Assembly (NCBI GenBank): GCA_951406725.2
Contig: OX597815.1
Location: 3,968,001-4,032,000 of the forward strand
Source of the DNA: Octopus vulgaris
Taxonomy: Eukaryota
DNA length: 64,000 nt
Direction: 5' to 3'
Part shown: positions 28,919-42,242 of the stretch, one piece after another
How positions within the stretch are numbered: the first letter of the stretch is position 1
Layout: the number at the start of each line of letters is the position of its first letter
Notes under the pieces: model-generated
What the model saw: only the letters and a program-made list of their open reading frames with translations
What the model was told of the DNA's origin: nothing
Database searches by the model: none
Program-made: the position numbers and the translations under genes

Positions 28919-29095
28919 GGAGGAGGAGGAGGACGTGGTGCTGTTGATGATAACGGCCGTGCCAGCGGCTGCAGTGTTGGCAGTAGCAGCGGTGGTGACG
29001 GAGAGCGATGGTAGAAGTGGTTGCGGTGGAGGTAGTGGTGGAAGTGATGGTGGTGGTGGTGGTGGTGGTGGTGGTGGTGGTGGTGGTGATGGTGG
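28643..29095. repeat. Compound trinucleotide array
   Basis: (AAC)n(AAT)n(GGC/GGT)n(GAT)n(GAG)n, then a further (GGT)n. Confidence 0.9.
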
Positions 29096-29590
29096 CACTA
29101 TTAGTGGAACGCAGTGGGGGTGAGGGGGGCGGGGAGGGGCGGTGATGCTTGCAGCGTCTTCTTAGCGGTGGCGCAGCGGATACGGCGGTGATGGCGGTGA
29201 TGTCGGCGGCGTCGGCGTCGGCTCTGGTGGGTTCTATCCGAGCCTCTAACAGCGAAGAAAGCGATTTTCTGCTCATCCGGCAATGAGTTTCATCTCCACG
29301 ATTTCCAATTTAATGATGCGGCTTATCTCTGCCTGATAACGGCGAGAAAATATGGCGGAATTTATTTATTTTTTTTTTTAGCGTCACGTGTCAAACATTG
29401 GCCATTTTGTTTCCTAATATAAGTTGTACTTGTAAATTTTTAATGCTGCTGTTGTTGTCTTCTGTTTCACCTCGACCCAACCACGCCGACCACTCCTCGG
29501 TTGCATGAAATATTGTCCTCTGGAAATCGAACTAACAAACCTTGGTGCTAACGAATACTGAAGTACGAAAGAAGGAAAAGCCATCATTCA

Positions 29591-29668
<78 letters not shown>

Positions 29669-29719
29669 TGTGGGTAATAAAGAAATATAATAATAATATA
29701 TATATGTATATATATTTTT

Positions 29720-29964
29720 TTCTCTTTTTTTGTTTCAGTCATTTATTTGACTGCGGCCATGCTGGAGCACCGCCTTTAGTCGAGAAAAATCGACCCCAGG
29801 ACTTATTCTGTGTTGTAAACCTAGTACTCATTCTATTGGACCCTTTTGCCGAACTGGCAAGTGACGGGGACGTAAACACACCAGCCTCAGTTGTCAAGCG
29901 ATATTGGAGGGGAGCAAACACACACACACAAACACATGCATACATACATACATACATACATACA

Positions 29965-30000
<36 letters not shown>

Positions 30001-30051
30001 TATATGACGGGCTTCTTTCAGTTTCCGTTTACCAAATCCACTCACAAGGCT
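29720..30051 (-). mobile_element. SINE family A, head missing
   Basis: Tail and body match family A. Confidence 0.75.
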
Positions 30052-30056
30052 TATAT

Positions 30057-30345
30057 GTGGAGGCACATGGCCTAGTGGTTAGAGCAGCGGACTCGCGGTC
30101 GAGGGATCGCGGGTTCGAATCTCAGACCGGATGATGTGTGTGCTTATGAGCGAAACACCTAAGCTCCACGCGGCTCCGCCAGAAGGTAATGGCGAACTTC
30201 TGCTGACTCTTTCGCCACAACTTTCTCTCACTTTTTCCTCTTGCGTCTTGCAGCTCACCTGCGACGGACAAGCGTCCCGTCCAGGTGGGAAACCTATACG
30301 CCAAGAAGCCGGGAAACCGGCCCTTATGAGAAGGAACAATCAGCA
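30057..30345 (+). mobile_element. tRNA-derived SINE family C with 13-bp target-site duplication
   Basis: A box TGGCCTAGTGG, B box GGTTCGAATCT. ACAAGGCTTATAT flanks it at 30044-30056 and 30346-30358. Confidence 0.85.
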
Positions 30346-30358
30346 ACAAGGCTTATAT

Positions 30359-30650
30359 ACAACGAAAAAAAAAACCAAACAAACAAACGGCACATGCAAC
30401 ATAAAGAATATTCCCCTTCTTCAGTTGTCCTTGTTTCGTCTATTCCGCATTCGAAGGCAAGGATAAGACGCGACTTCGTTGAAGCAGTCCTTCCCGCAAA
30501 GCAAATTAAATAAAATTTGGGATATTTTGCGGAGGGTGAAAGTGGTAACAAGAACAGGACAGTGAGAACAAGACAGTAAAAACAAACAGTGAGGGCTGTT
30601 AAGCCAAGACGATAGGAAAATTATTCTGAACGTTTAGGAGGACGAGCTAT
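30359..30650 (-). mobile_element. Family H2 fragment (probable Penelope pseudo-LTR region)
   Basis: TTCCCCTTCTTCAGT...CCTTCCCGC..AAGCAAATTAAATAAAATTTG is shared with 44960-45430 and in part with 31461-31630. Confidence 0.55.
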
Positions 30651-30988
30651 GAGAGGAGAGAGGTAAAAGCACGTCTTGTCTTTAGGAAAGAAATAGACAG
30701 AAAGATAGATTCCCCTTCGTCATGTGTCAGCGACGAGAGAGTCAAGGAGGAAGAGTGAGAGAGAGAGGGGGAACGGTGAAGAGGAAAGGAGAAGAATAGG
30801 GAATGGTGGGAGAGAAAAACAGAAAGGATGAAGAACAAGAGAAGGAGAGAGATAGACAGAAAAGAGACAGTAGAGATAGAAGAGATAGTAAATATGGAAG
30901 AGTGCGCATCATAATTATTAAGATAAAACTTACTTGGAAAAGGATGCGTGGAAAAGGATGCTCATATAATAATATAAATAATATATAT

Positions 30989-31214
30989 ACTCTTTTACTC
31001 TTTTACTTGTTTCAGTCATGTGACTGTGGCCACGCTGGAGCACCGCCTTTTTTAGTCGATCAAATCGACCCCAGGACTTATTCTTTGTAAGCCTAGTACT
31101 TACTTTATCGGTCTCTTTTTTTGCCGAACTGTTAAGTTACGGGGACGTAAACACACCAGCATCGGTTGTCAAGCACAGACACACAAACACAGACACACAA
31201 ACACAGACACACAA

Positions 31215-31251
<37 letters not shown>

Positions 31252-31410
31252 CATATATACGACGGGCTTCTTTCAGTTTCCGTCTCACAAGGCTTTGGTC
31301 GGCCCGAGGCTATAGTAGAAGACACTTACCCAAGGTGCCACGCAGTGGGACTGAACCCGGAACCATGAGGTTCGTAAGCAAGCTACTTACCACACAGCCA
31401 CTCCTACGCC
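30989..31410 (-). mobile_element. SINE family A, near full length
   Basis: Head, body and tail present, with small deletions. Confidence 0.85.
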
Positions 31411-31641
31411 TATACATATATGTACATATATCTGCATATATATGTATATATACATGCAAATATGGGTACAGGACATAAAAAGAAAACGTTAAACACAATG
31501 AGAAATGAAAACATAAAAACGACATCATAGAAAACGAACTTTTTTTCGAACAACGAAAAAAACAAACAGAGAAACGAGACATGCAACATAAAGAATATTC
31601 CCCTTCTTCAGTTGTCCCTGTTTCGTCTAATATAAATATAT

Positions 31642-31899
31642 AAACAATTGCAGCATGGAAGGTGTTTATATGCCATTTAAAAACACACCGTTAGATTCAC
31701 TTCAACATTTAAATTGAATTTGTCAAAATATTTTCGTCGCTTTGAGATTCACTGACAAAATTCCGTTTTCAGTGAACAGGTCGCGGTCTCAAAGCGACTA
31801 AAATATTTTGGGAAATCAAATTTAAGTGTTGAAGCGGATCTAACGGATTTTGTGTGTGTTTTAAATGGCTTATAAACACCTTCCATGCTGCAATTGTTT
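31642..31899. repeat. Inverted repeat (~115-bp arms) with a hammerhead-topology variant
   Basis: AAACAATTGCAGCATGGAAGGTGTTTATA is mirrored at 31871-31899. Confidence 0.85.
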
Positions 31900-32484
31900 T
31901 CGTTCCTGAGCACGATCGCAGATCAGGTCACTTGCTATGCAAGTACATCTCCATAATACAGGTGTGTGTATGTATGTATGTAGGTATGTATAAGCTAAAA
32001 AGCTCGTTCTAAAATCTCTTTAAGAGATGATCGCAGTACTTGTGCTAACAAGTAATGTTCGTAGCCACTCTAGCATGGCCGTTCTGTCGAACGGACTCTA
32101 CCGTGATTTCTTAACTCGAAGAGGATATCTGCCTCTAGCTGGTCAACGATGCGCAACTGCATCGGATATATTGCGAGCAAGGGAGTGAACCCCTGCTACC
32201 TTCAAACGGCGGGACGAGCATACCAGTCTGGTGTCGGGACTTTTCTGCTACTGGACACCTCGTCTGCTAGAGATAACAGTAAACTCGCCCCTGCTCGAAA
32301 TATATGTAAATTCAAACGACACACATTGTAAATTCTTGGTATTGACTAGACTATTAGATGTTGTTATACATCGCTGGCCACGATGTACTTCGCATCGTCT
32401 TAACTTTCGACTGTTGCAACCCTGCTGGCTAAGGGAGCAGGCCAACATTTCCCCCTCATCCCGGATCAGAAGGGTGATCCGGCG

Positions 32485-32613
32485 CTGGGTGACCCATTTG
32501 CAGCTGAATGGAGCGGAGCAAGGTGCAATGAAGTGTTTTGCCGCCCGACCCAGGAATCGAACCCACGATCTGGCGATCGTGCGTGTAATACTTTAACCAT
32601 TGGGCCACGCGCC
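32485..32613 (-). mobile_element. tRNA-derived SINE head (diverged)
   Basis: Minus strand GCGCGTGGCCCAATGGTTAAAG...GGGTTCGATTCCTGG. A related relic lies at 40925-41070. Confidence 0.6.
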
Positions 32614-33208
32614 TTCACACACACACACACAAGCGCATATTATACACACACACATGTACACTCTGCGTTCGTATATTTGTGCGTGTTGATATGTGAAGAT
32701 GTAATTGTGTGTGTGTGTATGTGTGTATGTGTACGTGTGTGAGTGTAATGTGTGAGTGTGTGTGCGTCAGTGTATGTGTGCGTGTGTGAGTGTATGTATG
32801 CGCGCGCGTCTGAGTGCGAATGGAGTTTTGATCCGTTTGTCGCCTCCCGCTCCTTAAATATACAAACACTTCCACAAGATGTCATTAGAGTTTGGTATAA
32901 ATTCTTCATTGGTTTATCCAAAGACGAGAGAGGGAGAGAGAGAAAAGAGAGAGAGAGAGAGAGAGTCGAGCAGAAGAGGTAGGGTGGGCATTAGGAGATT
33001 GTCACAACTAATTCTTATTATAAGCAGAGTGTACAGTGTTGATGGGGCGAGAAGGGGGAATGCGGGTGGCGTTTAATTAGGAGGATAAATATACTTGTCT
33101 TGTCTAGACAAGTGGATAAGAACTGAGAGATGCCGAGAGAAGGGGGGAGGGGCAGATGGCGAAGGAGACAGAGAAATAGAAGAATGGACGGAGATAATGC
33201 GTCCAGCC

Positions 33209-33264
<56 letters not shown>

Positions 33265-33861
33265 TGCTTGCATCTGTCTCCACTCGGAGTATCTCCGTTT
33301 CCAGATTCTTTTGTGTGAGAAGCAGAACGTTAATCAGTTCGGAGAAAGAGGGAGATAGAGAGAAGGAAGGCAGCCCATCTTGGAATAAATTAAAGAACTT
33401 AAGTTTACATATTGAATCCTTTCGCTTTTTGTTTTCTCACCATTTGAAAATTCTACCTTTCTCCTGGGCTTTGGTCCTGTTTTCATTCTCCTTTGCGTTA
33501 CTCCACACTTGTCCGTCTGCTAGCCCACGATTTATTTGCTGTACATGTATTATTATCTTTTATTTGTTGTTGTCTTCGCCAGACCCTAAAGCCATATTCG
33601 GTATATTTATTTCGTTTCTTTTTTTTTTTTTCGTCCCTCGTTCTCCTTGTTTGTCCGTTTTGTTTTGTTATGTATTTGGTCGCATTCCCAACAAATTCTC
33701 TTCCTGATTGCTTCCAGGGTGGATGCAATATTATCGATAATGACACGAAATTGCGCTCGACACTTTGGCCTATAACTGATGAGGAATTGGTGCCCTTCTG
33801 TGTTTGTACATTTAATGTGTTTTTCCGTCCGTTCGTTTGTTACTACGTGTTTGATTTCTAA

Positions 33862-33912
<51 letters not shown>

Positions 33913-34208
33913 ATGCCATGGTGTATGGAGTAGTAATCCACGTGGTATCATTTTAATATGTTGGTACCATCACTGCTCTATCTTCTTTAGAATTTGGCCG
34001 TTCCCCTCATTTATCGATAGAACAACCATTTTATATTATCAAGTTTGTATTAAGGGCATAAGTTTACCGAGGTAATACTTTGATAAAATGGTGTCTAATA
34101 CCAATCTGACGAAATTCGATGCCATCTTAATTATGTATGCACGTCTGTGTGTACCCATAAATCATGATATATGTATATATATTTTTTATGCATGCATATG
34201 TATATGTT

Positions 34209-34281
<73 letters not shown>

Positions 34282-34282
34282 T

Positions 34283-34886
34283 TATAATAATGAAATTATT
34301 GTATACAGTGCTCAGGTGCACCACAACTTGTCAAAAGTGCGTATAAAGCATATGCAGTAATGTACAAATGTCTGGGAAGTGAACAGTGTATGAGTCAGAT
34401 ACATGCTTGTGTGTGTATGGAGGGGAGAAAATCACGTGTAGTGTTAGCAAATCTCAGGAAGCATGGAAGTTTTGAAGGAAGCAGTGCTCCGACAACTAAC
34501 AACTGATGCTGGCAGTTTGTTCCATGCTTCAGCAACTCTTAGTGTGAAAAAATGTTTCCAAAAGTTATGGAAGGAGCTGTGCTGTTTTCTGACTTTGTAA
34601 ATATGTCCACGGGTGTTAGACAGGTAGAATTTGAGTTATTGTTTGTAAGATGGTTGATAATTTTATGGGTGTCTGCCAAGTCAGCTGCCAGACGTCGGAG
34701 TTTCAATGTGTCCATGCCCAGGGAAGTAAGGCGTTCAGAATATGGCAAATGCCTGATGGAGGGTATTCTCTTGGTTGCACGTCGCTGAACAGCTTCCAGA
34801 CGATTGATGTCCTGGGCAAGATAGGGGTTCCAGACCGGTGATGCAAATTCCAGGTAAGGTCGCAACATAACTATATAAAGCCGCAT
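34283..34886 (-). mobile_element. CR1/L2-clade LINE 3' fragment (RT C-terminus plus 3' UTR)
   Basis: LYIVMLRPYLEFASPVWNPYLAQDINRLEAVQRRATKRIPSIRHLPYSERLTSLGMDTLKLRR. Confidence 0.9.
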
Positions 34887-34889
34887 TGT

Positions 34890-35275
34890 CCTTATTCAGT
34901 TGTCTTTCAAGATTTCTTGCCAATAGTGAAAGAACCGGTTTCTAACCTAGATCCAAGTCTCCATCATTGGAATTTTAACATCAACAACAGGGTATGCATG
35001 CATTTGTGCAGATTTATATGTTTTGCTTTATGTATGTATTCTCATGCATATAGTTGCATATCTAGACATGTTCATATATACTTAAATGATAAACTTCTGG
35101 AAAGTTTTACAGATTTTTATAGTTCCAGTGATGGATTGGATTTGTAGTCTTCAAATCAGCTTCCTCCTTTCTGGTTTTGAGAAGCCTAATTTCTCAAGAT
35201 TGATGCTCCATTAATTACAAGTACGAACCTGAACTTATAATCTGGATAGAGTAACTGCAGATTTCCCCTGATTAC
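34890..35275 (-). mobile_element. Dong/R4-like non-LTR element 3' end (restriction-like endonuclease C-terminus)
   Basis: NLQLLYPDYKFRFVLVINGA/NLEKLGFSKPERRKLI*RLQIQSITGTIKICKTF. The 3' UTR is repeated at 35580-35666. Confidence 0.6.
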
Positions 35276-35906
35276 CTGTTGATCTGCTGTTGTTTTCGTT
35301 CCGTTCCTCGATTGTGTTGTTGTTGATGTTGTGTCCAGCCATGTTGTTCGTAGTAACTCTCTGCATACTAAATTCAAGTTTCATTCGAAAATCTCAATGA
35401 TCTTAAAAAAAGGCTCCCTCAATTAATTTATCTGAAGATTAACCAGTTATTTACCCGGGGCCGACAGTTGTGGCTTCAAAGTTGGAGATGGTATTCGTCG
35501 TATTTTCGATAAATAATCTCCCACGCCAGATACGCAGCTGTCACTCCGAGTGTGTATGTGTGTATGTAATTGATTATTCAGTTTATTTCAAGATTTCTAG
35601 CCAATAGGGAAAGAACCGGTTTCTAACCTAGATCCAAGGGTCCTTCACTGGAATTTCAACATCAAGCGTTGAATAAAGAGAAATTGCTCCAATAGACATG
35701 GGGAAAGTAAAACTTCGTTCATAGAATCCGCATATACGCACACACACATACACGTACGTACGCACACACACACACACACACACACATACATATACACACA
35801 TGTATGTATATATATATATATATATACATACTCACACATGCGTGTACATGTACCAGACTTCAGCATCGGCATCCGAAACTCTGAGTTTTATTATGACAAG
35901 CAATTG

Positions 35907-35999
<93 letters not shown>

Positions 36000-36085
36000 C
36001 ATACATACATACAAATATATATAATGATATATACGTATATATATGCAAACACACACACACTCTACATACATATAGATATGATGTA

Positions 36086-36139
<54 letters not shown>

Positions 36140-36373
36140 AAGTAGTAGTAGTAGAGAAAGAGAAAGCAGAGAGAGCAGCGGCAGCCGCAGAGGTGGAAGA
36201 TGAAGAAGAAGAAGAAGAAGAAGAAGAAGAAGAAAGAAGAAGAAGAAGAAGAAAGAAGAAGAAGAAGAAGAAGAAGAAGAAGGAAGGTAATGATGATAAA
36301 CATCTAACTACTATATACATTTGCGTTTATATGTGCGTGAGTATAACTATATACATACATGTGTATATATGTG

Positions 36374-36404
<31 letters not shown>

Positions 36405-37031
36405 ATGAGTCTGTGTGTATATACATATATATACACATGTATATATACACTTACATATACATACATACTTATATGGATGCATGTGATGTATGTGTGAGTA
36501 TATATATATATATACACACATATATATATATATGTACACACACCATACACATGCGCACACACACAGCACTCACCCACACACACACTCACATACACCCTGG
36601 GGCAGCAGCCACTCAACAACTGACACGTCATTAACCTAATCCTCCCCTCTATCATCCAATCCCTCGTCGTGCCTATTAGGTGACAAGTCCCCCCTCCAAA
36701 CGGGGGCACCTCCCTCCATGCCCTCCCTCTAATAACCCATCCTTCAACAAGTCTTTTATTATTTTTTCTTTCATTGGAATTGTCATTCTTCATTACTCGC
36801 CATGTTCCTCACTTTCACACCCTTTACATACACACACACACAGATGTGTGTGTATGAATATCTGTGTGTGTGTGTGTGTGTGTGTGAATATCTGTGTGTG
36901 TGTGTGTGTGTGTGTGAATATCTGTGTGTGTGCTGTCACAGTCACACGCAAACACATACACGCACACACATATCTGTGCGTGTATGTGTGCACATGTATT
37001 CGTGTATATATGTATAGTAAGTCTTACACAA

Positions 37032-37062
<31 letters not shown>

Positions 37063-37363
37063 TATGTGTGATATATATGATATGCGTGCGTGTGTGTATA
37101 TGTGCGTAAGTATGTATGTCAATGTGTATATGTATAGTTAGTCATACACACACACACATATCCATTTCAAATACAAAATATTGTACTCTGAGTTGTTCTG
37201 ACACAAATCTCCTTACCATTTCTATAAAAACTCACTCCCACATGTTGAACATTATACATACATGCATACACACATATATACACACATATATACATACATA
37301 CATACATACATACACACACATACATACATACAAACATACATACATACATACATGCATACATTA

Positions 37364-37754
37364 TTCTTTTCTACTCAAGGCACAAGGCCCTGAATTTTGA
37401 GGGAAGGGGCCAGTCAATTAGATCGACCCCATTACATAACTGGTACTTAATTTATCGACCCCGGAGGATGAAAGGCAAAGTCGATCTTGGCGGAATTTGA
37501 ACTCAGAACGTAACGGCAAACGAAATACCTATTTCTTTACTACCCACAAGGGGCTAAACACAGAGAGGACAAACAAGGACAGACAAACGGATTAAGTCGA
37601 TTATATCGACCCCAGTGCGTAACTGGTACTTATTTGATCGACCCTGAAAGGATGAAAGGCAAAGTCGACCTCGGCGGAATTTGAACTCAGAACGCAGACG
37701 AAATACCGCTAAGCATTTCGCCCGGCGTGCCAACGTTTCGGCTAGCTCGCCGCC
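37364..37754 (-). mobile_element. SINE family B dimer, full length
   Basis: Head, two cores and the AGGCACAAGGCCC tail. Confidence 0.85.
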
Positions 37755-37765
37755 TTACATACATA

Positions 37766-37816
<51 letters not shown>

Positions 37817-37838
37817 CATTATTATTATTATTATTATC

Positions 37839-37885
<47 letters not shown>

Positions 37886-37887
37886 CA

Positions 37888-37929
<42 letters not shown>

Positions 37930-37934
37930 GTATA

Positions 37935-37979
<45 letters not shown>

Positions 37980-37996
37980 CTCGGAAATTTTACCCG

Positions 37997-38033
<37 letters not shown>

Positions 38034-38169
38034 CATACATGTATGGTGGCACCCCAGCATGGCCAGAGCCTTTGAGCTGTAGCGCATAGAAGACTAAAGA
38101 ATATAATCATTCTGTCTCTGTCGCCCTTTAATTATCTCCTTTAATCTCTCCCTATATATATGTGTGTGT

Positions 38170-38263
<94 letters not shown>

Positions 38264-38797
38264 TAAGGTATGAGATGAGAATTTATGGAAAATATCCCAT
38301 AGAAACTGAACAGACTATTAAAGATGGAGAAGAAATTATGTTAAAAGTTATAAAAAAAGAATTTTAATAGATGCATCCGATCGTTTCGAACACCAATCTT
38401 AACATGTAACTTGATGGAGGGAGTAGCAAATAACATATTCAGATATAAACATTTTATCCTTATGAATGCATCAAAAAATTATTCTTATTGTTGGGAAAGA
38501 ACAACTAGACTCAACAGCATCTTTTTGTGTATGCTCATGATTTTCCATAAGGATAAAAATATGTATATCCGAATATGTTATTTGCTACTTCCTCCATAGA
38601 GGCTTATGTAACAATAATAATAATTTTTTGATGCATTCTTTTTCTGCACTGAGGAGAACAGTAATATGTTATTTACATGTTAATATTGTTGTTAGAAACG
38701 ATCATATGCATGTATTAAAATTCTTCTTTTTTTTTAAATTTTAACAATTTCTCTTCTCCATCTTTAACAGTCTGTTAAATTCTCATCTCACACCTTA
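38264..38797. repeat. Old nested inverted repeat
   Basis: TAAGGTATGAGATGAGAATTTA / TAAATTCTCATCTCACACCTTA. An inner pair is GTAGCAAATAACATATTC / GAATATGTTATTTGCTAC. Confidence 0.75.
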
Positions 38798-38925
38798 TAC
38801 ATGTAATAATTTCATATTCGCAAAAATCTTTCGCCAGCAATCTACCAACGAAATAATATGAATCTTTGTTAGAAATCACCCCTTTGGATGCCTTCAAAGT
38901 AAAGGACAAATTGAGCTTTATCTTT

Positions 38926-38957
<32 letters not shown>

Positions 38958-38962
38958 TCATA

Positions 38963-39039
<77 letters not shown>

Positions 39040-39086
39040 AATGAAAGACAGAAGATGGAATAAACGAGAATTATTTATTATTATTA

Positions 39087-39192
39087 ATCACTGCAATTGT
39101 TTCGACACATTTAGCATCGACCCCTCACGGGTAGGACACTTAACAACTGGTTCAGGAGCATCCGGTGGTGCAGATGTGTCTCATCGGGTGAT
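39087..39192 (-). ncRNA. Degenerate type I hammerhead
   Basis: ATCAC-CCGATGA-GACACAT...ATGTGTC-GAAAC-AATT-GCA-GTGAT. Stems are intact, with two U>C core changes. Confidence 0.6.
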
Positions 39193-39384
39193 AAACAGAC
39201 ACAACTCGTTAAAATAACACTTCCGCAATGTAACTCCTCGTATTGTAGAAAGAAAGGCAGGGAAACGGAGGAAATATCTTCATTTACAGAGAAGATCAGG
39301 AATAAAATTACAGATACAAAATCGAAACGAACACACAATAGAGCGAGAAAAGTATTAAAAATAAAAATATTCAAGTATAATAAC

Positions 39385-40039
39385 AGGAGTTGGGTGCACT
39401 ATACAGATGGGATGAGGACACTAACATGCAGTTTATTGCTAGAAAATTCCAAGCCCTGCGCTACCAGCATACAAAGCCGAATGAAATGCATGGCCCAGGC
39501 GGGATTGGAATTCCTGAATCAAAATCAGTGCAAGGCCTGGGTACTGACATGAGTAATGATGCATCTTTCCAGGTGTATATTACCTGAGTTGGCAATAAAA
39601 TGCAGGCGGCTGGTCGGTTGGAGCCTTAGAGCTTTCAGAAGGAGAAAACAGGAAACTATGACGGTCCTCTGAAGGACATTTGTCCTCAGCCGTTTAGCTT
39701 ACCACACAATGGCAAATTAACGACGGAACTCAAAGCAATCCAGCGAAGCTACATAAAGATCGTTTCAAAGGCAGCATATGAGCAACTGGGAAAGATTGAA
39801 GAAGTTAAGACTCTGTTCTGTAGAACGATGGCGGAAAAGATATGCAGTAATATACATCTGGAAAATCCTAGGAATTGCACCAAATTTTGGCGTTGAAAGT
39901 TACATAAACAACAGAACGGAGCTCCAAAGATCCCAAAATCGCCGTCAAGACACAAGACCAGATGTTGCAACAGCTTGGGTTTCAAGGGTCCACAACTTTC
40001 TAATATTCTCCCTAAAAGCTTCAGAGATCTAAATGCGGT

Positions 40040-40043
<4 letters not shown>
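39385..40043 (+). mobile_element. Decayed CR1/L2-like LINE RT fragment
   Basis: ALYRWDEDTNMQFIARKFQALRY and WERLKKLRLCSVERWRKRYAVIYIWKIL. Confidence 0.75.
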
Positions 40044-40089
<46 letters not shown>

Positions 40090-40117
40090 GTAAATGTGAC
40101 AATTATTCGGTAGCCAT

Positions 40118-40178
40118 GATAAAACTCCGAGTTTCGGATAACGAGGTGGAAATCCACGCCGCCATCTCTTCAGTTATC
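40118..40178 (-). ncRNA. Type I hammerhead ribozyme, intact core, in the left arm of inverted repeat 40085-40299
   Basis: GATAA-CTGAAGA-GATGGCG..GTGG(attt)CCAC..CGTTATC-C-GAAA-CT(cgg)AG-TT-TTATC, with a GUU triplet. Confidence 0.7.
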
Positions 40179-40363
40179 CGGCCATCGGAAAAATGCCTGA
40201 TAACTTAAGAGATGGCGGTGTGGATATCCACCTCGGCATCCCAAACTTGGAGTTTTATCATGGCAACCGAATAATTGTCACATATTACATTTACAGATAA
40301 ATTCCTCAATTTACATAATATCAAGGTCTCTTTCTTTCTTTTGTTGTCTTACCGTTTTTATTA

Positions 40364-40388
<25 letters not shown>

Positions 40389-40395
<7 letters not shown>

Positions 40396-40651
40396 AGGGA
40401 TATTAGCCAACCGAATATGGCTAGGGACAGGGCAGGGTGGTGGGGGTGTCACTGTTGCATTTAGCCCCAGGCGAACATCAACGTCACCAGATAGGCCTGA
40501 CGCCATCACGGCGTCAAGATAAAGGACGCCGTGATGGCGTCAGGCCTATCTGGTGACGTTGATGTTCGCCTGGGGCTAAATGCAACAGTGACACCCCCAC
40601 CACCCTGCCCTGTCCCTAGCCATATTCGGTTGGCTAATATCCCTTATATTA
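40389..40651. repeat. Perfect inverted repeat, 127-bp arms, 9-nt loop
   Basis: 40389-40515 is the reverse complement of 40525-40651. The ORF track gives the same peptide on both strands. Confidence 0.95.
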
Positions 40652-40694
40652 CGGAGCAGTCACTGTCTATATCTCATTTAGAGTATTATTATTG

Positions 40695-40771
<77 letters not shown>

Positions 40772-41141
40772 ATGTTACATTACTCGGTAGTCAAGATAAA
40801 ACAAGTAATGTAACATATTATTGTATAGATAAATTTCCTCTATTTACATAATATTGAGGTCTCTTTCTTTCTTTTGTTATCTTACCGTTTTATCAATATA
40901 TATATATATATATATAACGGTTCATCGCAGTTTACCCACATTTACAGTTGAGTGGATAGGAATAATGTGGAATGAAGTGTTTTGCTCAAGAAAACAATGC
41001 ACCGCCCGGTCTGGAAATCGAAACAGCGATCTTGGGATCGTGAGTGCAACATTTTAATCACTAGTCGCCCATCTTCTCCACCACTCACGACCTCTACCAA
41101 CAATCTCAAACTGCTGTCCATTCCTCCTCACCTGTCAATCA

Positions 41142-41184
<43 letters not shown>

Positions 41185-41492
41185 AGTCCGCCTCACTAAG
41201 GTCCATCGTGTCTACCAGACAAGTGTTGCGGTGTTTTGTCTGTGGCTAAACTTAATTACATGCGATGCCTGATGTCTAGTATTCCACTGGAATGGCAAAC
41301 TCTGAGTGTGTGTGTGTGTGTGTGTGTATGTGTGTGTGTATGTGTGTGTGTGTGTGTGTGTGTGTAACATGTAACTATTTGTGTGAATGTGTGAATGTAT
41401 ATTATTTTACTGAATTCAGTTATGAGACTGCGGCCAAGCCTCGACAGCAAGCTCACATATTTACACATACAGACTCACACTCACAATGAGCG

Positions 41493-41603
<111 letters not shown>

Positions 41604-41688
41604 ATATATATACATGTATGTATGTATATATATGCATATATGTATATATATATATATATATATGTGTGTGCATATATGTATATATATT

Positions 41689-41735
<47 letters not shown>

Positions 41736-41828
41736 ATCGGTACATATACATGCATAAACATACAATACATATGTATACGTGTGTATATACATACACACAC
41801 TCACAAACACATATATATAAATACATAA

Positions 41829-41880
<52 letters not shown>

Positions 41881-42112
41881 ATCTAAGTATATATATATAT
41901 ATATATATATAAATATTAGGGAATAAATCCAAATTTACAGGGAAAAATCAGATTTAGGATTGAATCCAATTTTATAGTAAAATATTATATTATATTAAAT
42001 TAATATAATTTATATATATATATATATAAAGGTATATATATATATACTTATATGTTGACGTATGTGCATATATATTTTTACCTACGTCTCTATATATAAT
42101 ATATATATATAT

Positions 42113-42207
42113 CACAAACACAGGCGCCGCGCACAATGGTACACACACACACACACATACGTATATATATTTGCATCCATATATATATACATATATTCGT
42201 ATATATA

Positions 42208-42242
<35 letters not shown>

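Noticed and set aside
28533-29276. Low-complexity transcription-factor-like ORFs
   Set aside because: One starts inside a SINE, and the bodies are largely trinucleotide runs with no recognisable domain.
30057-30130. tRNA gene
   Set aside because: The head continues into a SINE body flanked by a target-site duplication, with no clean acceptor stem.
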